A stretch of 64,000 nucleotides of DNA from Nemertoderma westbladi. Taxonomy: Eukaryota > Animalia > Xenacoelomorpha. The notes under the pieces were generated by a model. The model had not been told where the DNA came from and made no database searches. It was given only the letters and a program-made list of their open reading frames with translations. Made by a program: the position numbers and the translations under genes. The DNA lies in assembly GCA_032718475.1 (NCBI GenBank), contig JAUCBJ010006397.1, positions 1 through 64,000 on the forward strand, written 5' to 3'. This document shows, piece after piece, positions 49,710-64,000 of this stretch. Position 1 is the first letter of the stretch; every line of letters starts with the position of its first letter.

Positions 49710-50932
49710 GAATCGATGTTTGTTATTATGTTAACTCCCCACCCCCCCCCCCCCCCCCCCCATCCTCACCAAAGTCGGATACAGAAAGAAATATAAATTA
49801 ATCCTTTGTATTCCACTAATCAACCTCCTAATCTATAATTCAAATGTAAATTCCGCTAGTTTATTCACATAAGTTATATACGTGTCCAGTCGTATATAGT
49901 GTGCATAGCACAAATATATAAGTGGTACCGGGAATGTTGTGAAATATTTAATCGTGGAAATTATTATTTATATGTTCTTTAATTTTTGACTAGGAAAAGG
50001 ATTACTTTTCCAATAATAGTGATGCTGATGTGAAGGACATAAACAACATAAAACTTTCTTATTTCACTTTCAACAATCTTGTGTCGGAAAAATTGAATTG
50101 CTAATATTTATAAAACGGTTGTACCCCCCCCCCCCCCCCCCCCGCTCCACCCGTCTCGGCCAGTTAAATAAATTAACGTAGGAGGCAATGCCTACCATAA
50201 CTGGCGGGAATTCACCACTTGTTCTTTCTTCACTAGTAACTGGGATTCCAGTGATTGCGACATGCGAATGCTCACAGCTCAAATTGTGTACGTGGTGGAT
50301 TACCTGAAAACCTTAAGGGCGTAAAACCAAAGACACTATAGTGTCAACAGACACTAGTGAGATACCGCGGATTTTAGAGAATGTTCATTACAGTAACAAC
50401 CCTTAGAAAGCAGTAAATTGCATGGGAATGAGACAACCATGGAAGTAAATAGTAAGTTAATTAAATAACAACAGGAGTGGCTGTCATCCAAGGGAACTGG
50501 TTGTTAGCCATCTGAGATCCATGTGGTACAGTACGTGTACCGGTACAGGTATAAAGGCAGGCCAAATTAAGGAAGAACTTAACTCAGTGAGTGATTGAAC
50601 GTAACAATATACCTACATAACATATCAGCATCACTTAAACAAACTGGTTTATTATTCTGCCATACATGGACCAGTGAGTAGTTGGTAAGCACCCACCCGG
50701 TCATACACCACTGCATAAGGACAGTAATTATAAATTCATAGAATGATATAAATATAGTAATTGTAGAATTCGCAACACATGCGTCTCCCACACTGGGCGT
50801 GGGCGTGTTCGTCCAATATATACCAAGTGGTTGCAATATCTTCTAGATTTGCTGCATTAGTGGCACTTCCAGCGGTAAACTTCAGATATACAGCGACATA
50901 TATTGGTGTTTTACTACTACTAGGATCGGCAT

Positions 50933-51366
50933 TGATCATCATCATTGATCAATCATTGATCAAGAAAACTTGCCACCTCCTTGCAGCATAAAGGAGGTGC
51001 CACCTGTAGCTGCATAGACCCTCTTACTAGGGCAAATCTGGTCCTGTAACTAGAACCCCCTTCGTTCTGGGATAAGGACGCCCTTGTTCCTGGATTAAGT
51101 ACCCATATACTTGGCTGCAGGGGTATATGGCCTGGCCAGGAAGATGGTGATCTACCAATGGCTGGTCAGGAGTAGAGTGTTCTCATGTCCACTCTGAGTG
51201 CACTTCACTGCGACCTGCACCTGGCAGAAGGGGTACAGGGCATGACCCAGCAGATGAGCTGCACAGCCAATGGTGGGTCATGTGCGCCAGAGTAGGTATG
51301 GATGATGGGCCTCATATCTGACTCCACTGCGACACCCACCCTGTGGAATGGCAAACCAGGGTTTGG
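50933..51366 (-). mobile_element. GC-rich, hairpin-rich ~430-bp non-coding element with a (GAT)n-like tail; probable non-autonomous retroelement
   Basis: Hairpins CACCTCCTT/AAGGAGGTG, CCATATAC/GTATATGG, AGAGTG/CACTCT, CATGACCCA/TGGGTCATG; (ATC)n at the left end. Confidence 0.5.
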
Positions 51367-52694
51367 TATTTGCCCCGAGAGCTGACATGGTGTTTTGGGT
51401 AAATGAGTGGTTTAATATTATTATAAATTTTTGTTGGCTCAGCTTTGCAAAGTAGGCAATGACGTCATTGCCGAATTTGCAAACCTGTGCGGTGCCCAAC
51501 AAAAGAAAAATAAATGTTACAGTGGCACGATATTCTAAGCAAAACAATAAACGAAAGTCAATAGGACACGTTACAGTTTTATTTTTGGGAAAAAGCAGCG
51601 GTTATTTGCGTCGAATTTACCCTGGAGTGGAGAGGCTGTTAATATTAATTGCGCCCAAAGTCCCTATCTACAAGAGATATTTATTTACCACCACATTCCC
51701 AAACTGTTCTTTACGCAACGATAGTTTGCCACATTGAATAACAAAGATAAGGAAATTAGCTTCCGCAGTTTATTTCCTCCAACCAAAACCAAAATAAAGT
51801 GCATAAACCTTGAGGTCCAGTCTGCCGCAACGGCAGGGAGGTTACAAGTAACTTGGGTGGTTGGTGTTGTAACTGTACAGAGAGTTAAGCAAAAACAACA
51901 AGTGAAGAATATAGTCGTCCCTCTGTGTTTAGTGAGTTTAATTGTTATGTTTTTATATTATTCAATCCATTGTATGAAAATGGTAGTTTTACACAATTTT
52001 GTGTAAATAGATGGTGAGTTTAAAAAAATTATATTAACGGAACTGAGGTAGCAATTTGGATTGCAGGGAGCAAATTAATATATATACCGTATTCTGCAAA
52101 TTCGTTATAAAAATTGGATAATTAGAAAACCAAAATTTGAGACAGGGAATTTTCTAGCAAATCTCATAACGGCGAATTAATAACTCGTTTCAATGCTTAA
52201 TTATCAATTAATGGAAAGGAGCAGGTTACAGTGGCATGATATTATAACCAAAACAATAAAGGTACAATTTCACATTTGTATGAAATTAGTGTGTGTTCGT
52301 TTTTTTTCTACTATGTATGTAATATTGTGTCCCTCAAGGTTGATAATAAATATTGGTTGCATGACCTATATTATATAGTTAATTTTTAAAAATATATTTT
52401 TTACTGTCAAATTATTAACAATATAATAAAAAACAATTTGAAACTTGAAAAAATTTACCCGAGATTCCAGTACCGGTAGGCCTACCGTATATTTTTTTAA
52501 TTTTGTTGTTTTAATTTTTTTTTATTATATTTTTAGAGTTATATTTTAGTATGTATACAGTAATGTAATATAAGACACGCGGTACATTGGCTTGGGAAGC
52601 TGAATATATATCCGTAAAAATAATTCCGCAGTTTGCAGCGTTTGCCCAGGTCGCGAACATTGCGCAGCTATGGCCCATATTAGCCCATTTATTA

Positions 52695-54050
<1,356 letters not shown>

Positions 54051-54932
54051 CTAATCTACGGTTGCTGGGTTGGTTACGGTATACTACAGTAATATAGGTA
54101 CTTATCTGCCTAATTAGCTTATTTATTTTTTATTAGGGCCTACTGACAGACTGAATTAATTAAGTTTTAATTAATCATTTTTAACAAAATACCAAATACC
54201 GTAGTGGCCTACGTGCTTACTGGCTTAGCTGCTGCCCTACTGTTCAGCTGTTGTAGTGTTGTTGTTTGTTGTACTGTCTCTGTGCCTCTGCAGCTCTGCC
54301 TGTACTGTCTGACTGTTTAATGTTTAATATAAAGGTGAAAGGTAAAGGAACCATAGGCTGATAGGCCTACTGCCATAAGCTTATTGTACCTGTTCAGACT
54401 ACTCAGCTACTGGATACTAAATACTACTAAATATATATATATATATAATTTATTGACGACTTGGATTATATAAACAGTATCAATAATTAAATACTCATCA
54501 CAAAATAAACCAAGGTTGTCCATATTTAAGCAATTAGAAAATAATCACGAAATCACAAAATATTCTACAAATGCGGTATACACATAGAAGGAAGAGCTTT
54601 TAATACGTTACATAAATGATACAATTATTCTAGATCGACAAAGGACGGAACGACTTATAAGAGGATAACTTTAATACCTTTAATACGGAACTAAAAACTA
54701 TTCACCAATACGTTGTAATACTTTTTACTGAGAAAAACGGTAAATTCATAAAGGGAAACGTTTAGCAACCAAAAACACAACAATATAAGGTATAGATATA
54801 ATTATTTATTTGCACAGATAAAAAAAAAATAAATTGAATATTCTACTTGACATAGAGATTCTGAAATGTAGTACCAGTTAATCGGCCAAATAAAACAGGA
54901 AATACGAACCGATACCAAAGATCTGGGTGGGC

Positions 54933-55572
54933 TTAATTATTTTCTTCCGCCAACAGTAGGATCAAGTGGACAGCCTCCATTACCTTGGCTTCATCCTTGT
55001 TGTTCATGAAATCGGAAATTGAACACCATGATAGGTTGGGATCTCGTGGGATACGACTACAAGTGGTTATCAGATGAGCTTCATCTTGTATCGACCCACA
55101 AGGGCAGATACGGCGATCAGGTGGGATCTTTTTCCAGCGACCTAATTCAACGGCTAGGCGGGTGGAGCCGAGCCTTAAGCGGGTCCAAGCGATGCGATCA
55201 GGTTCGTTAAACGTTTTGCGGGAAATGTAACAAATGTGAGGTGATAAATTGGGGTTATATAACTGGTATAATTTTTTCTTTGTTGAGTCGACCTCGGAGC
55301 GAACATTTAATTTTAGTTTTTCCATGGCATCCATCACAAAGTCTTTCTTTGAAGAAAGAATATATTCAACCTGGCCCGCCATAGGCGTTTGATGCAACAT
55401 ACATTGGTCTAGTACAGTAGTACCATCATCAGAGGTTTGTGAATCTCTTCATGTTCGATCATGTTACACAAAAAGTCGTATTGCCGTTTCAATATAAGTG
55501 GTTTAGGTTCGGGAACATTGGATTCGATATGGAGAATTTGTCTACACACATTGGGGCGGACCCCCATTAATA
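54933..55572 (-). pseudogene. 3' end of a decayed LINE (RTEX-like), same type as the 29.2-30.6 kb fragment
   Basis: RIAWTRLRLGSTRLAVELGRW...RICPCGSIQDEAHLITTC C-terminal Cys/His motif; frameshift near 55405. Confidence 0.75.
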
Positions 55573-57230
55573 GAGGTAGAATAAAACGTCTGTCCTTATC
55601 TGATCTGATCTGATCTGATCTGACAGCATCTGATCCTATAACCAATCAGGAGAAAGAGATATAATATTTACCTAACTGTCTGTTAGGTAAATAGCCAATA
55701 GCTGAATAGGGGATCACGTTTCAGGTTGCCTGTTACGTATCAGTATCATCATATGAAGTAGCAGTACAGGCATATCGGTATGCATCTAAATGCACAAAGG
55801 CATGTTATTATATATTAAAAATGCGATATACAGTAGGATGAAGGATGGTGGGTATGAAAGTCGTAGATTTAGTCTGTTAGTTGGTGTTGAAATATTAAAC
55901 TTTTATTAAAAACAATACAGCATTTGCTGCAATATTTTTCTCGTAAATCTTTCTTGTTAATAGTTATCATTATTAATAGTTAAAGTTAATTATATTAATT
56001 ATAATTAATATTATTAATTAAGTACGGTAATGATTCTTATTAATATATTACATTTAAAATATGTATGAAATTTAAGAAATTTATTAATTTTACTATTTAT
56101 TAAAGAATAGGGGAAGGTGGATGGGAATGTGGGAATTTATAAACACTTATTACCTTCCAATTGAAGGAAAAGAGCAGGTTACAGCGGCTGTAATTTCTAA
56201 CCAAAACAATAAACGACGTTGTTACCTACAAATTGGGAAAGGAGCAGGTTACCGAGACAGGGTTTTCTAACCAAAACAATAAACGATTTTGTTACCTACC
56301 AATTGAGGGAAAGTAGAATATGTTACCGCGGCGGCTTGTTTACACAGTTACACCACCGGTCACCTTCTTACTAACCGTCCTACTGACTGATCAATAGATC
56401 ATCCCCCTCAAAAAATAAAGGACATCGCGCACGCGCATAAAACACTTAATAAAGACAAATTTAATAAAAAATATCGACCGAAAAATGAAATCCTTGTATT
56501 CTTCACATGGGCGAAGAATACCAGACTTTCTGCCGTTTTATTTCACTTTGCAGTTACCCCTATGTGAAGAATACCAGGTTTTCACCAAAAACACAGGTTA
56601 CACTGAATATAACCAAAACAATAAACGAATTAGTATATGTGCAGGTTATAAGACATAAATAAGCTCTATAATACACTCAATAAAGATAAATTAAAAAAGA
56701 ATTAAAACCTTCAAATATAAAATTCCAATAAAAGTCAACCGAAAAGTGAAATCCTGGTATGCTTCACATGGGCGGTATTCTTCACATGGACCGACACCAA
56801 AATTTGGCACCAGCCGCTAAAAACAAATTTAAAATTTCTAGCTTATTTTATTTGAATTCCTTTTAGTTAGTTTCAGTTAGTATTTTAGTTAGTATCGTTA
56901 GTTTCAGAGCGGGAAGTATTATATTGACACCCCCCGGGTTTAAGGGGAATACCGGGGAAACTTCACATGCTGACATAGGCAGAAAGTCCAGTACTCATTT
57001 AGCTACCATTTAAGGATGCAAGGCAGAGATGCCTCGCTAAACCCTTCAAAACATTCGTGCCGAAACGAAAACTACCTTGGCCCCATGCCGGGGTTGAACC
57101 CACAACCTCCGAGAGATGTGAATTCAATATAACCACTACACCAAGGTGCGCTCTGAACCAAGGTGGAACAAGTGTCAGATACCGTCAGATCAGATCAGAT
57201 CAGATAAGGACAGACGTTTTAGCCATCCTA
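55573..57230. mobile_element. 1.66-kb TIR element with a 9-bp TSD inserted in the LINE
   Basis: TIRs TAAAACGTCTGTCCTTATCTGATCTGATCTG / reverse complement at 57174-57221; TSD CCATTAATA (55564-72, 57231-39). Confidence 0.75.
56860..57152 (-). mobile_element. tRNA-derived SINE with an (ACTAA)n-like tail
   Basis: A box TGGTGTAGTGG, B box GGTTCAACCC, core CTAAATGAGTAC, simple-repeat tail. Confidence 0.65.
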
Positions 57231-57358
57231 CCATTAATAAGCATAGCATTATAAAATTACATAGGCCTAAACGCAGAAACGATAGCTGGATACCCTAAAA
57301 TATATAAACTGACAGACTGAGGCAGTGAGGCTAGGACATAGGAAGCTGAGTACTGGTA

Positions 57359-58097
57359 CTGCCCTAGCCCATTCTGCTAAGTAGGGCATGTACGCCGAAC
57401 GCGTTCGGCGCACAATTTTTTCCAGAATTTGGAGCAGGCGCAGAAAATGAGAGCGCAGCGCAGCGCCGCGCAGAGAAAATTTAGAGCGCGGCGCGACAGG
57501 CGCAGGCGCAGAAAATTGATAGCACGGCTCAGACTTGCACTACAGCACTAAGTCAGTACCGGTAAGTAGACCTACCACTGGCAGTCTGCCGACTACCGGT
57601 AACAGGGTAATGACAATACAGATAAGACTGTAAGAAATACTGAAATAATAAGCCTCCTACTTGCTACTTGGTGTGCTTTAGGCCAGTACAGCAGTAGGCA
57701 GGCAGGTACATGGTAGGAGATTTCGCGCAGTATTTCTGCTGTGCGCGCCAATGTGTAATGTCAATGCTGTAATGTCAATAATATAATAAAGCGTCCTACT
57801 TGGTGTGCTTAGGGCTTGCTTAGGCCAGTAGAGTAGGCAGGCGGGTAGGTCATAGGTGGTTGGTGGTACGGTACAGTACCGGTACTACAGAGGTAGGAGA
57901 GGTAGGATATTTCGCGCAGTATTTCTGCTGTGCGCGCCAATCTCGCGCAGAATTTCTGCTGCGCGCGCCAATCTCGCGCAGTTTTTCTGCTGCGCACGCG
58001 GATTTTGCACTGTTTTCGACTGCGCAGGCGCACATTTTTTTCTGCGCCGCGTCGCGTTCGGCGCACAAAAAAGTCACTTAGCATACGGGCCTAGCCC
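57359..58097. mobile_element. MITE-like element with GCGCAG/CTGCGC subterminal repeats (hAT-like)
   Basis: Degenerate TIR CTAG.CC....TGCTAAGT / ACTTAGCA...GGCCTAG; inverted GC-rich arrays. Confidence 0.5.
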
Positions 58098-60494
58098 TTG
58101 GCAGCTTGGCTTGGTGATTCAGTGCTTGGCGTGCTTGGTATGGTACGCTGTCGGGCTGTACCCCTGTCTGCCTGTACCGGTACCTGATGCCGGAAATTAA
58201 TTCAAGTAGGCCTACCTGCTACCTGTAGTACAGTAGTACGCAGTACACAGTGCGGTATGCAGTACCGGTACAGTAACAGTACGGCACAGCAGTAGTGTAG
58301 TAAGGTACGGCTGCACGGTACGCCTAAAATGTAAAAAAAGCGAAAGACTCAGCGTTTGTCAGTTTGTCCATTTGACTATCTGTCAGTCCTTGCTGCCTTG
58401 TATCGCAGTACGGCAGTACCACGCACCGGTAGGTTAACGGTACCGGTAGGGCATAGGGCGTCGTCCACGTAGACGTACTAAAACCAACTAATAGGATATC
58501 AACGGGATTGATATGCCATAACCTTTACAATCACCTTCCTATTTAAGAAGTTACTGGAAGGTTTGGGATTGCATCAGGGCCACTCCAAATAAACTAAAAT
58601 GATTACCAACCAATCAATTCTTGTTAAATTTCTAACCATTCACGATATTCCAACTCAACAACAATATCTTCTGCCAAATTTTAATGAATTGTGCAGCACA
58701 CCCAAGCGGCTATAATTATTATTGACTTCTTCATATTTCATTAAAGATTATATGAATTAGATGCTACATTATTATTATTTGGTAGATCGTACTGTAGGTA
58801 GGTCATTAAAATATTAGCTTAACAATAATAAGAAATAGTGAAATTTGATAAAAGGAAAATTTTATAAGGCTACCAATTAAAGTTTGCCCAAAAAACAAAA
58901 AAAAATTAGCAAAACACATACTTTTTCAACCAATTAATTTACTTGTTGACCAAAAAAAATCCATCTGAACTTAAAACGCAAATTACTGTTTGCCTTCAGA
59001 TTGTTGGTTTAAAATGTCCGTAAATTACTAATTTTTTATAACCCTACGCAATTGGGTTGGGAAATTTTTCTAGGTGATTATTTTTCATTTTCCATTAATA
59101 TTTTGACTTCAGGGTTATTTTTTGTACTTACGGTGTTTGTACAACCTGTATGTAAATACATATTTCAAGACACATATTCCAATAAAACCGTATGTGCATT
59201 TTCTTATTATCTTTGCAAAACAAAGCCAAGACAAAACGCCTTAAGTCTTGTTGACTTACGGTTTTTTTGCATAAATTTAAGTGACTTACGGTTGTTTTCC
59301 TTTGTAACATATACATATGTTGTGACTTACGGCCTTTCTACATTGCATATCTCGAGAACTAGACTAGACACGGTCTTCTCGATTATACCATTAGATACAG
59401 CGCATTTTTTAGACCCAGAAAAGTGAATTTTGGAAAAATGCGACTTACGGTCTTTTTACATTGCACGGCAGAACTCCAAAACACACATTTACTAACACTG
59501 AAACACATAAAGCAAACAACAATAAATTAGTCAGATAGCCTACAGTACATGATATTTATTTCCATAGATACGGCATTTTCTAACCAATCAATAACCGATG
59601 TTGTTACCAATATCGAATATAAAAATATAAATCAAAACATATAAAAATACTTTGGGACGAATATAAATAATTTGGTGCGAAAAGTACATATGTACAGTAC
59701 ATGTATGTAGGCCTAATCTGGGATAATGTGGGCTACCTAATCTGGGCTAGGCCTACCTTTAATTTCATGTAGGCCTATATTGCTTACAGAAAACATGAAA
59801 TTTGGGGCGGAAAAAAATATATTTGGTGCGAAAAATATGTAATCTAAGAAATAAATCATTTATAATAATTTTATAATAGTAATTTTGAAATATGAATTAA
59901 ATCTTAACTCTCTCTGTTCATCTGTCTGTCAGAAATATTGAAGCATTCTAGCTAACTACAATTTTGTTGTGCGGATATTTCATTTCCGATGTCAGTTTTC
60001 ATACTGGAACAGTTCTAGTCTGTATGTGTGTCTGTCTGTCTGTCAAAAATAAAGAAGCATATTAGCTGACTAAAAAATTTCATTTTGGGGTTCTTCTGAT
60101 CTAGACTGAATTTATGTCGGTCTGTCTGTTTGTGCAACAGTCCGAGTGTCCGATAGACATACAGACAAACAGTCTTGAATCCATCCATCTCCATGAAAAC
60201 GGACATCAGAAATGTAATCAGCGACCCCCAGAAAAAGCCCCATAATTTCAATCCGCCCAACCTCCCAAGAGTTAAGAATGATTGAATAATTTGACAGACA
60301 GTATGATAGACATACTGAATAAGACAGGACAGACGGACAGACCGGCAAAACATATAATTTTATCAAAACCTTTGTGTTCAATAAAAAGAAACATACCTAA
60401 TGAACATATTTTGAACAAAATTAAGAAATTTTTTTTAAACGTTATTCTCCATTTTCTCAAAATTAATTCAGGCCGGAGTTGTCTGGTTTCTATG

Positions 60495-62593
60495 CAGGCG
60501 CGGATCCACAATAGGGGCGCGTGGCGCCGCGCACCATAGATTTTTTGTGAAAGAAAATAAAAAGAGAAAGATAAAAGTATTTTTTTTTTAGATTTACTAG
60601 TTACGTAAAACTTACAAGGGCCGTCATCACTCGCTAAAACCAAGCGGAATCCACATTCATTAACCACAACTTCAATCTCCATACCATACCCAAGATAAAA
60701 TCGATGTAAACCTTCCCAAGGGCGTGCTCCATGTACTCGGGAAGGGGGTATCACCTTGGCGTAATAGATCAGCCAGCTGTATGGCTTTATTGGCTGGCTA
60801 TACGTATGGACTGTATGCACAGCCTTTGCTTTACCTGAACTGAAAGACCACCAACAACCTATGTAATGGTAAAGCATCAACCATGGGGCTATTTGTAAAG
60901 TATATTGCTGTTATATTAGGTGGTCGGGTCTATGCAAGCCAAACAATTATCTTTGTGAACTACTTGCTACTACTACTGGGAGGGAATTCTTTGAAGTTTA
61001 CCGTGTCTTCAATGCACAAAGATTACATACAGCCAGGAGCGCAGGAGGATGATTGGACAAGGGGCTTTACACCAAAATAGTGATGAAAATAAGTTATTCA
61101 ATATATTATGGAAATGGAAGTGTGCTGCATGATATTCTAAAATTTTAAGTTTATTATTTTAATTTTCTATTCTTATAAAAATGAAGCGCGCCCACGCACA
61201 GTTGTGGGCCAGGAACCGTGTTTTGTAGCCAAAATTCATTTTTTCGAAAAATATTCATAGTTTGGGCACTATTTTTCACCTATACGGGTTGTCGATAGAG
61301 ATGAATCTTCTGAGATGGGTCTCAAATTCTCAAACGTTGCCTTTGTGCCAAAATTTGCATATTTGGCAAACACAATAAACACAGACATAATGGCGCAGAT
61401 TACGGTTCTACAAGGTTTAACAGGGCGCTGAAGCACTAACAAATGGTTTCAAATTCTCTAGTAGCACAGAAATTCCACTTTTTAGCATGTGGCACATGGT
61501 ACACGTGTTTAGCATGGCACAAAATATCAAAATCGCTAAAGCTTGATAGAAATGTGCTACTTTCGTTTTTTATAGGTTTTCAAAGATGCTATTCGATTAC
61601 AAATGGTTTCGAATTCTCTAGCGGCACAGAGGTGCCACTCTTTCGCCCGTGGCACATTCGTTTAGCATGGCACAAAATATCAAAAAAATTTGCTAAAGCT
61701 TTATAGAAATGTGCCATTTTCGGTATTTATAGGTTTTCAAAGAGGTTGATAACATTCGAGATGATTTTTTGGTAATTTTGAATGTGACCCCAGGTCACGA
61801 AAAAAATACAAGTAGTGCACATATTATGATAACGAAAATTCACCTCAAAATCAAACTGATTTTATGACCATAAAGGGTTTTTTTGGGATGCTACAGTAAT
61901 CACGAATATGAATCTGAAATATATCGAACCTTGGTGATTAGGGCATATTGGGATATGTGTCAATTGACTGCACGAAAAATACGAATAATAAAAAATCATT
62001 ACCAAATCAACCTGATTTTAAGGCATTATGGGTTTTCTTGGACGCTGATCACGAATATGACACTCAAAAATATTGTATGATCCAACCAAATTTGATTTTT
62101 GCCGTTTGAAATTTTATGCTACTTATATTTTTCATCATACAAGACAAACACCAAAACCTGTAGTTGCGTTACCACGCATGATTTTTAACGAGTTGTATTG
62201 TGATCAGTGACCTTGAATACCAGTATAACTTCAGAATTACACAACCAAAAAAGGCAAAACTTTAAAGGTTTGTAATTTTTTGCTACTTGTACTTTTCTTT
62301 CTGGGGCACCAGAATGGCAACAAAATTGGGTTGCATTACCAAAAATATTTCTAACTAGTTTCAACGAGATCAGCGACCTCGAAAACACGTATACCTACAG
62401 AATTATTAAAACAAACACAACATGTTTTAGTTTGACATCTATTTACTTAATTAAATAAAAATCCGGGGTGGGAGTCCGTCCTCTTTACCCCCACCAACAG
62501 GGAGACCGCTGGGGCAGCGCCCTCACCCTCAGACCAAATTATAAACTTTACAATTTGCGCGCACCATAGAAATTAAATTGCTGGATCCGCCTC
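60495..62593. mobile_element. Composite non-autonomous DNA-transposon region
   Basis: CAGGCGCGGATCCA ... TGGATCCGCCTCT ends with GCGCACCATAGA near both; internal 160-bp direct repeat (61439-61586 / 61599-61743); no TSD seen. Confidence 0.45.
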
Positions 62594-64000
62594 TTACTGA
62601 CACATGTAGTTCATAAATTTTTTATTTTAATTACATACTTACTCCCACTCGCCATAAAACAATACATCGATGATCAATCATTTGTTAGTCATGCGTGATG
62701 AACACAAACTAACATTTATATTATCAAATAAGATTACAAATGTGAGTAGGTAGGTAACCAAGGTAGCCATTCTTTTTTGTTATTAATTACACAACATAAA
62801 TCATAATAATATTTACTTGGTAACAAAGTGTGTTTTATCAAATATTAAATAATTTAATATAAAGAATATGAGAACGCCACTAATTCAATCTCAAATGTTT
62901 ATTTATTAGACGTTTACCGGTTACCAATGTATTTATAATATTTTTACAAACATAACAAACTGAATTATTTACCAATTTAGTAGGAAACTACACCATATCA
63001 ATACAATTTATTACCGACATGTATATGATTGTTAAACACAAACTTTATCAATTTGTAAAAATCAAATAAATTAAACAACGAACAGTTATTTATTAAGTTT
63101 TATAAAGTAAATTATTTTCATAAAAAAAATAAAATATGTCAATAAAAATAACTTTCCATCAAATAAAAAAAAACGTGACAGTCTAAAATATTTAATTTTG
63201 GAAGAATTAAATAACCAGTTTAGTAAAATTAAAAAAGGCACTATATGTGGAAATCAATACTGTAGTTACAGTACTAATTGTATTTTTGTTTCCCTCCAAA
63301 TAACACATAAAATGCAAATAAAAAAACAAAAATATGCTCAACAATTACAGCACACAGTAGGCTATTGTTTAATAAATTTTATGAACAGTGTTCGTAAAAT
63401 ATATCTATCATCGCTACCCGCAATGGTGCGCCGTTAGTTATTAAAATAGGACTTAATATTATAGAAAAATTACACTTGCAAATGCTGACGACAAGTAAAA
63501 TACTAAAATAATACAATGCACTGACAACAACGGTAATAAATCGAAGCAGAGAGATAATTATAGATTACGGAAAAATATAATTTTGTATATAAAAATGAAA
63601 ATTATTCAAACTTAAATAGAGGTATTTACATCAAATAAATTCTCAAAAAAAAATAATCAAAAAAAATTAACTATATAGAAGTATCAACTTTACGGGGTGG
63701 CAATTACACTTTATATTATTATAATAATATAATATCCGCAAATTACTTGCAAAATGAGTATATGTAGTGATAGTAATTATTAGGGATGTGCCGGATTGAC
63801 CATTTTCAAACCGGCCAGGCCGGAACCGGAGCCGGATTTGTAAAAAAATCAATTTTTTATATATCACGATTTTTTTCCTCAATCAGCTATTGTACCTGTA
63901 TGCATAATAAACTTAACTGGAGGAAGGGTACCGCGTAATTTGGTCCCTTGGGGCCAAATTAGGTACTGCGTCGACTGATACGGGACCTAACAACGCAGGA

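Noticed and set aside
57809-58200. Overlapping Arg/Ala-rich ORFs
   Set aside because: Arise from GCGCAG subterminal repeats of a MITE.

Overview
AT-rich invertebrate (metazoan) genomic DNA. Plus strand: two multi-exon genes, the last four exons of the TORC2 subunit SIN1/MAPKAP1 and a complete 7-exon tektin-like CCDC105/TEKTL1. Each has one large (11-12.5 kb) intron holding two intronless antisense genes: a FAM210/DUF1279-like gene and a MARCH RING-CH E3 ligase in SIN1, and a two-SH3 protein and MOCS3/UBA4 in CCDC105. Minus strand also has an intronless CCDC157, head-to-head with CCDC105 with an RFX X-box upstream of each, and a SERCA Ca2+-ATPase with one coding intron. Mobile DNA includes an intact RTE LINE with TSDs, decayed LINEs, MITE/foldback elements (several nested), tRNA-derived SINE-like pieces and three tandem arrays. 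The most unusual signal is three minimal hammerhead-ribozyme-like motifs with the same spacing (C[T/G]GANGA-13 nt-GAAA-6-nt palindrome-TA). Two are in Penelope-like remnants and one is inside a tRNA-like Pol III cassette between the A and B boxes. All family calls are from motif recognition by eye; no database search was run.
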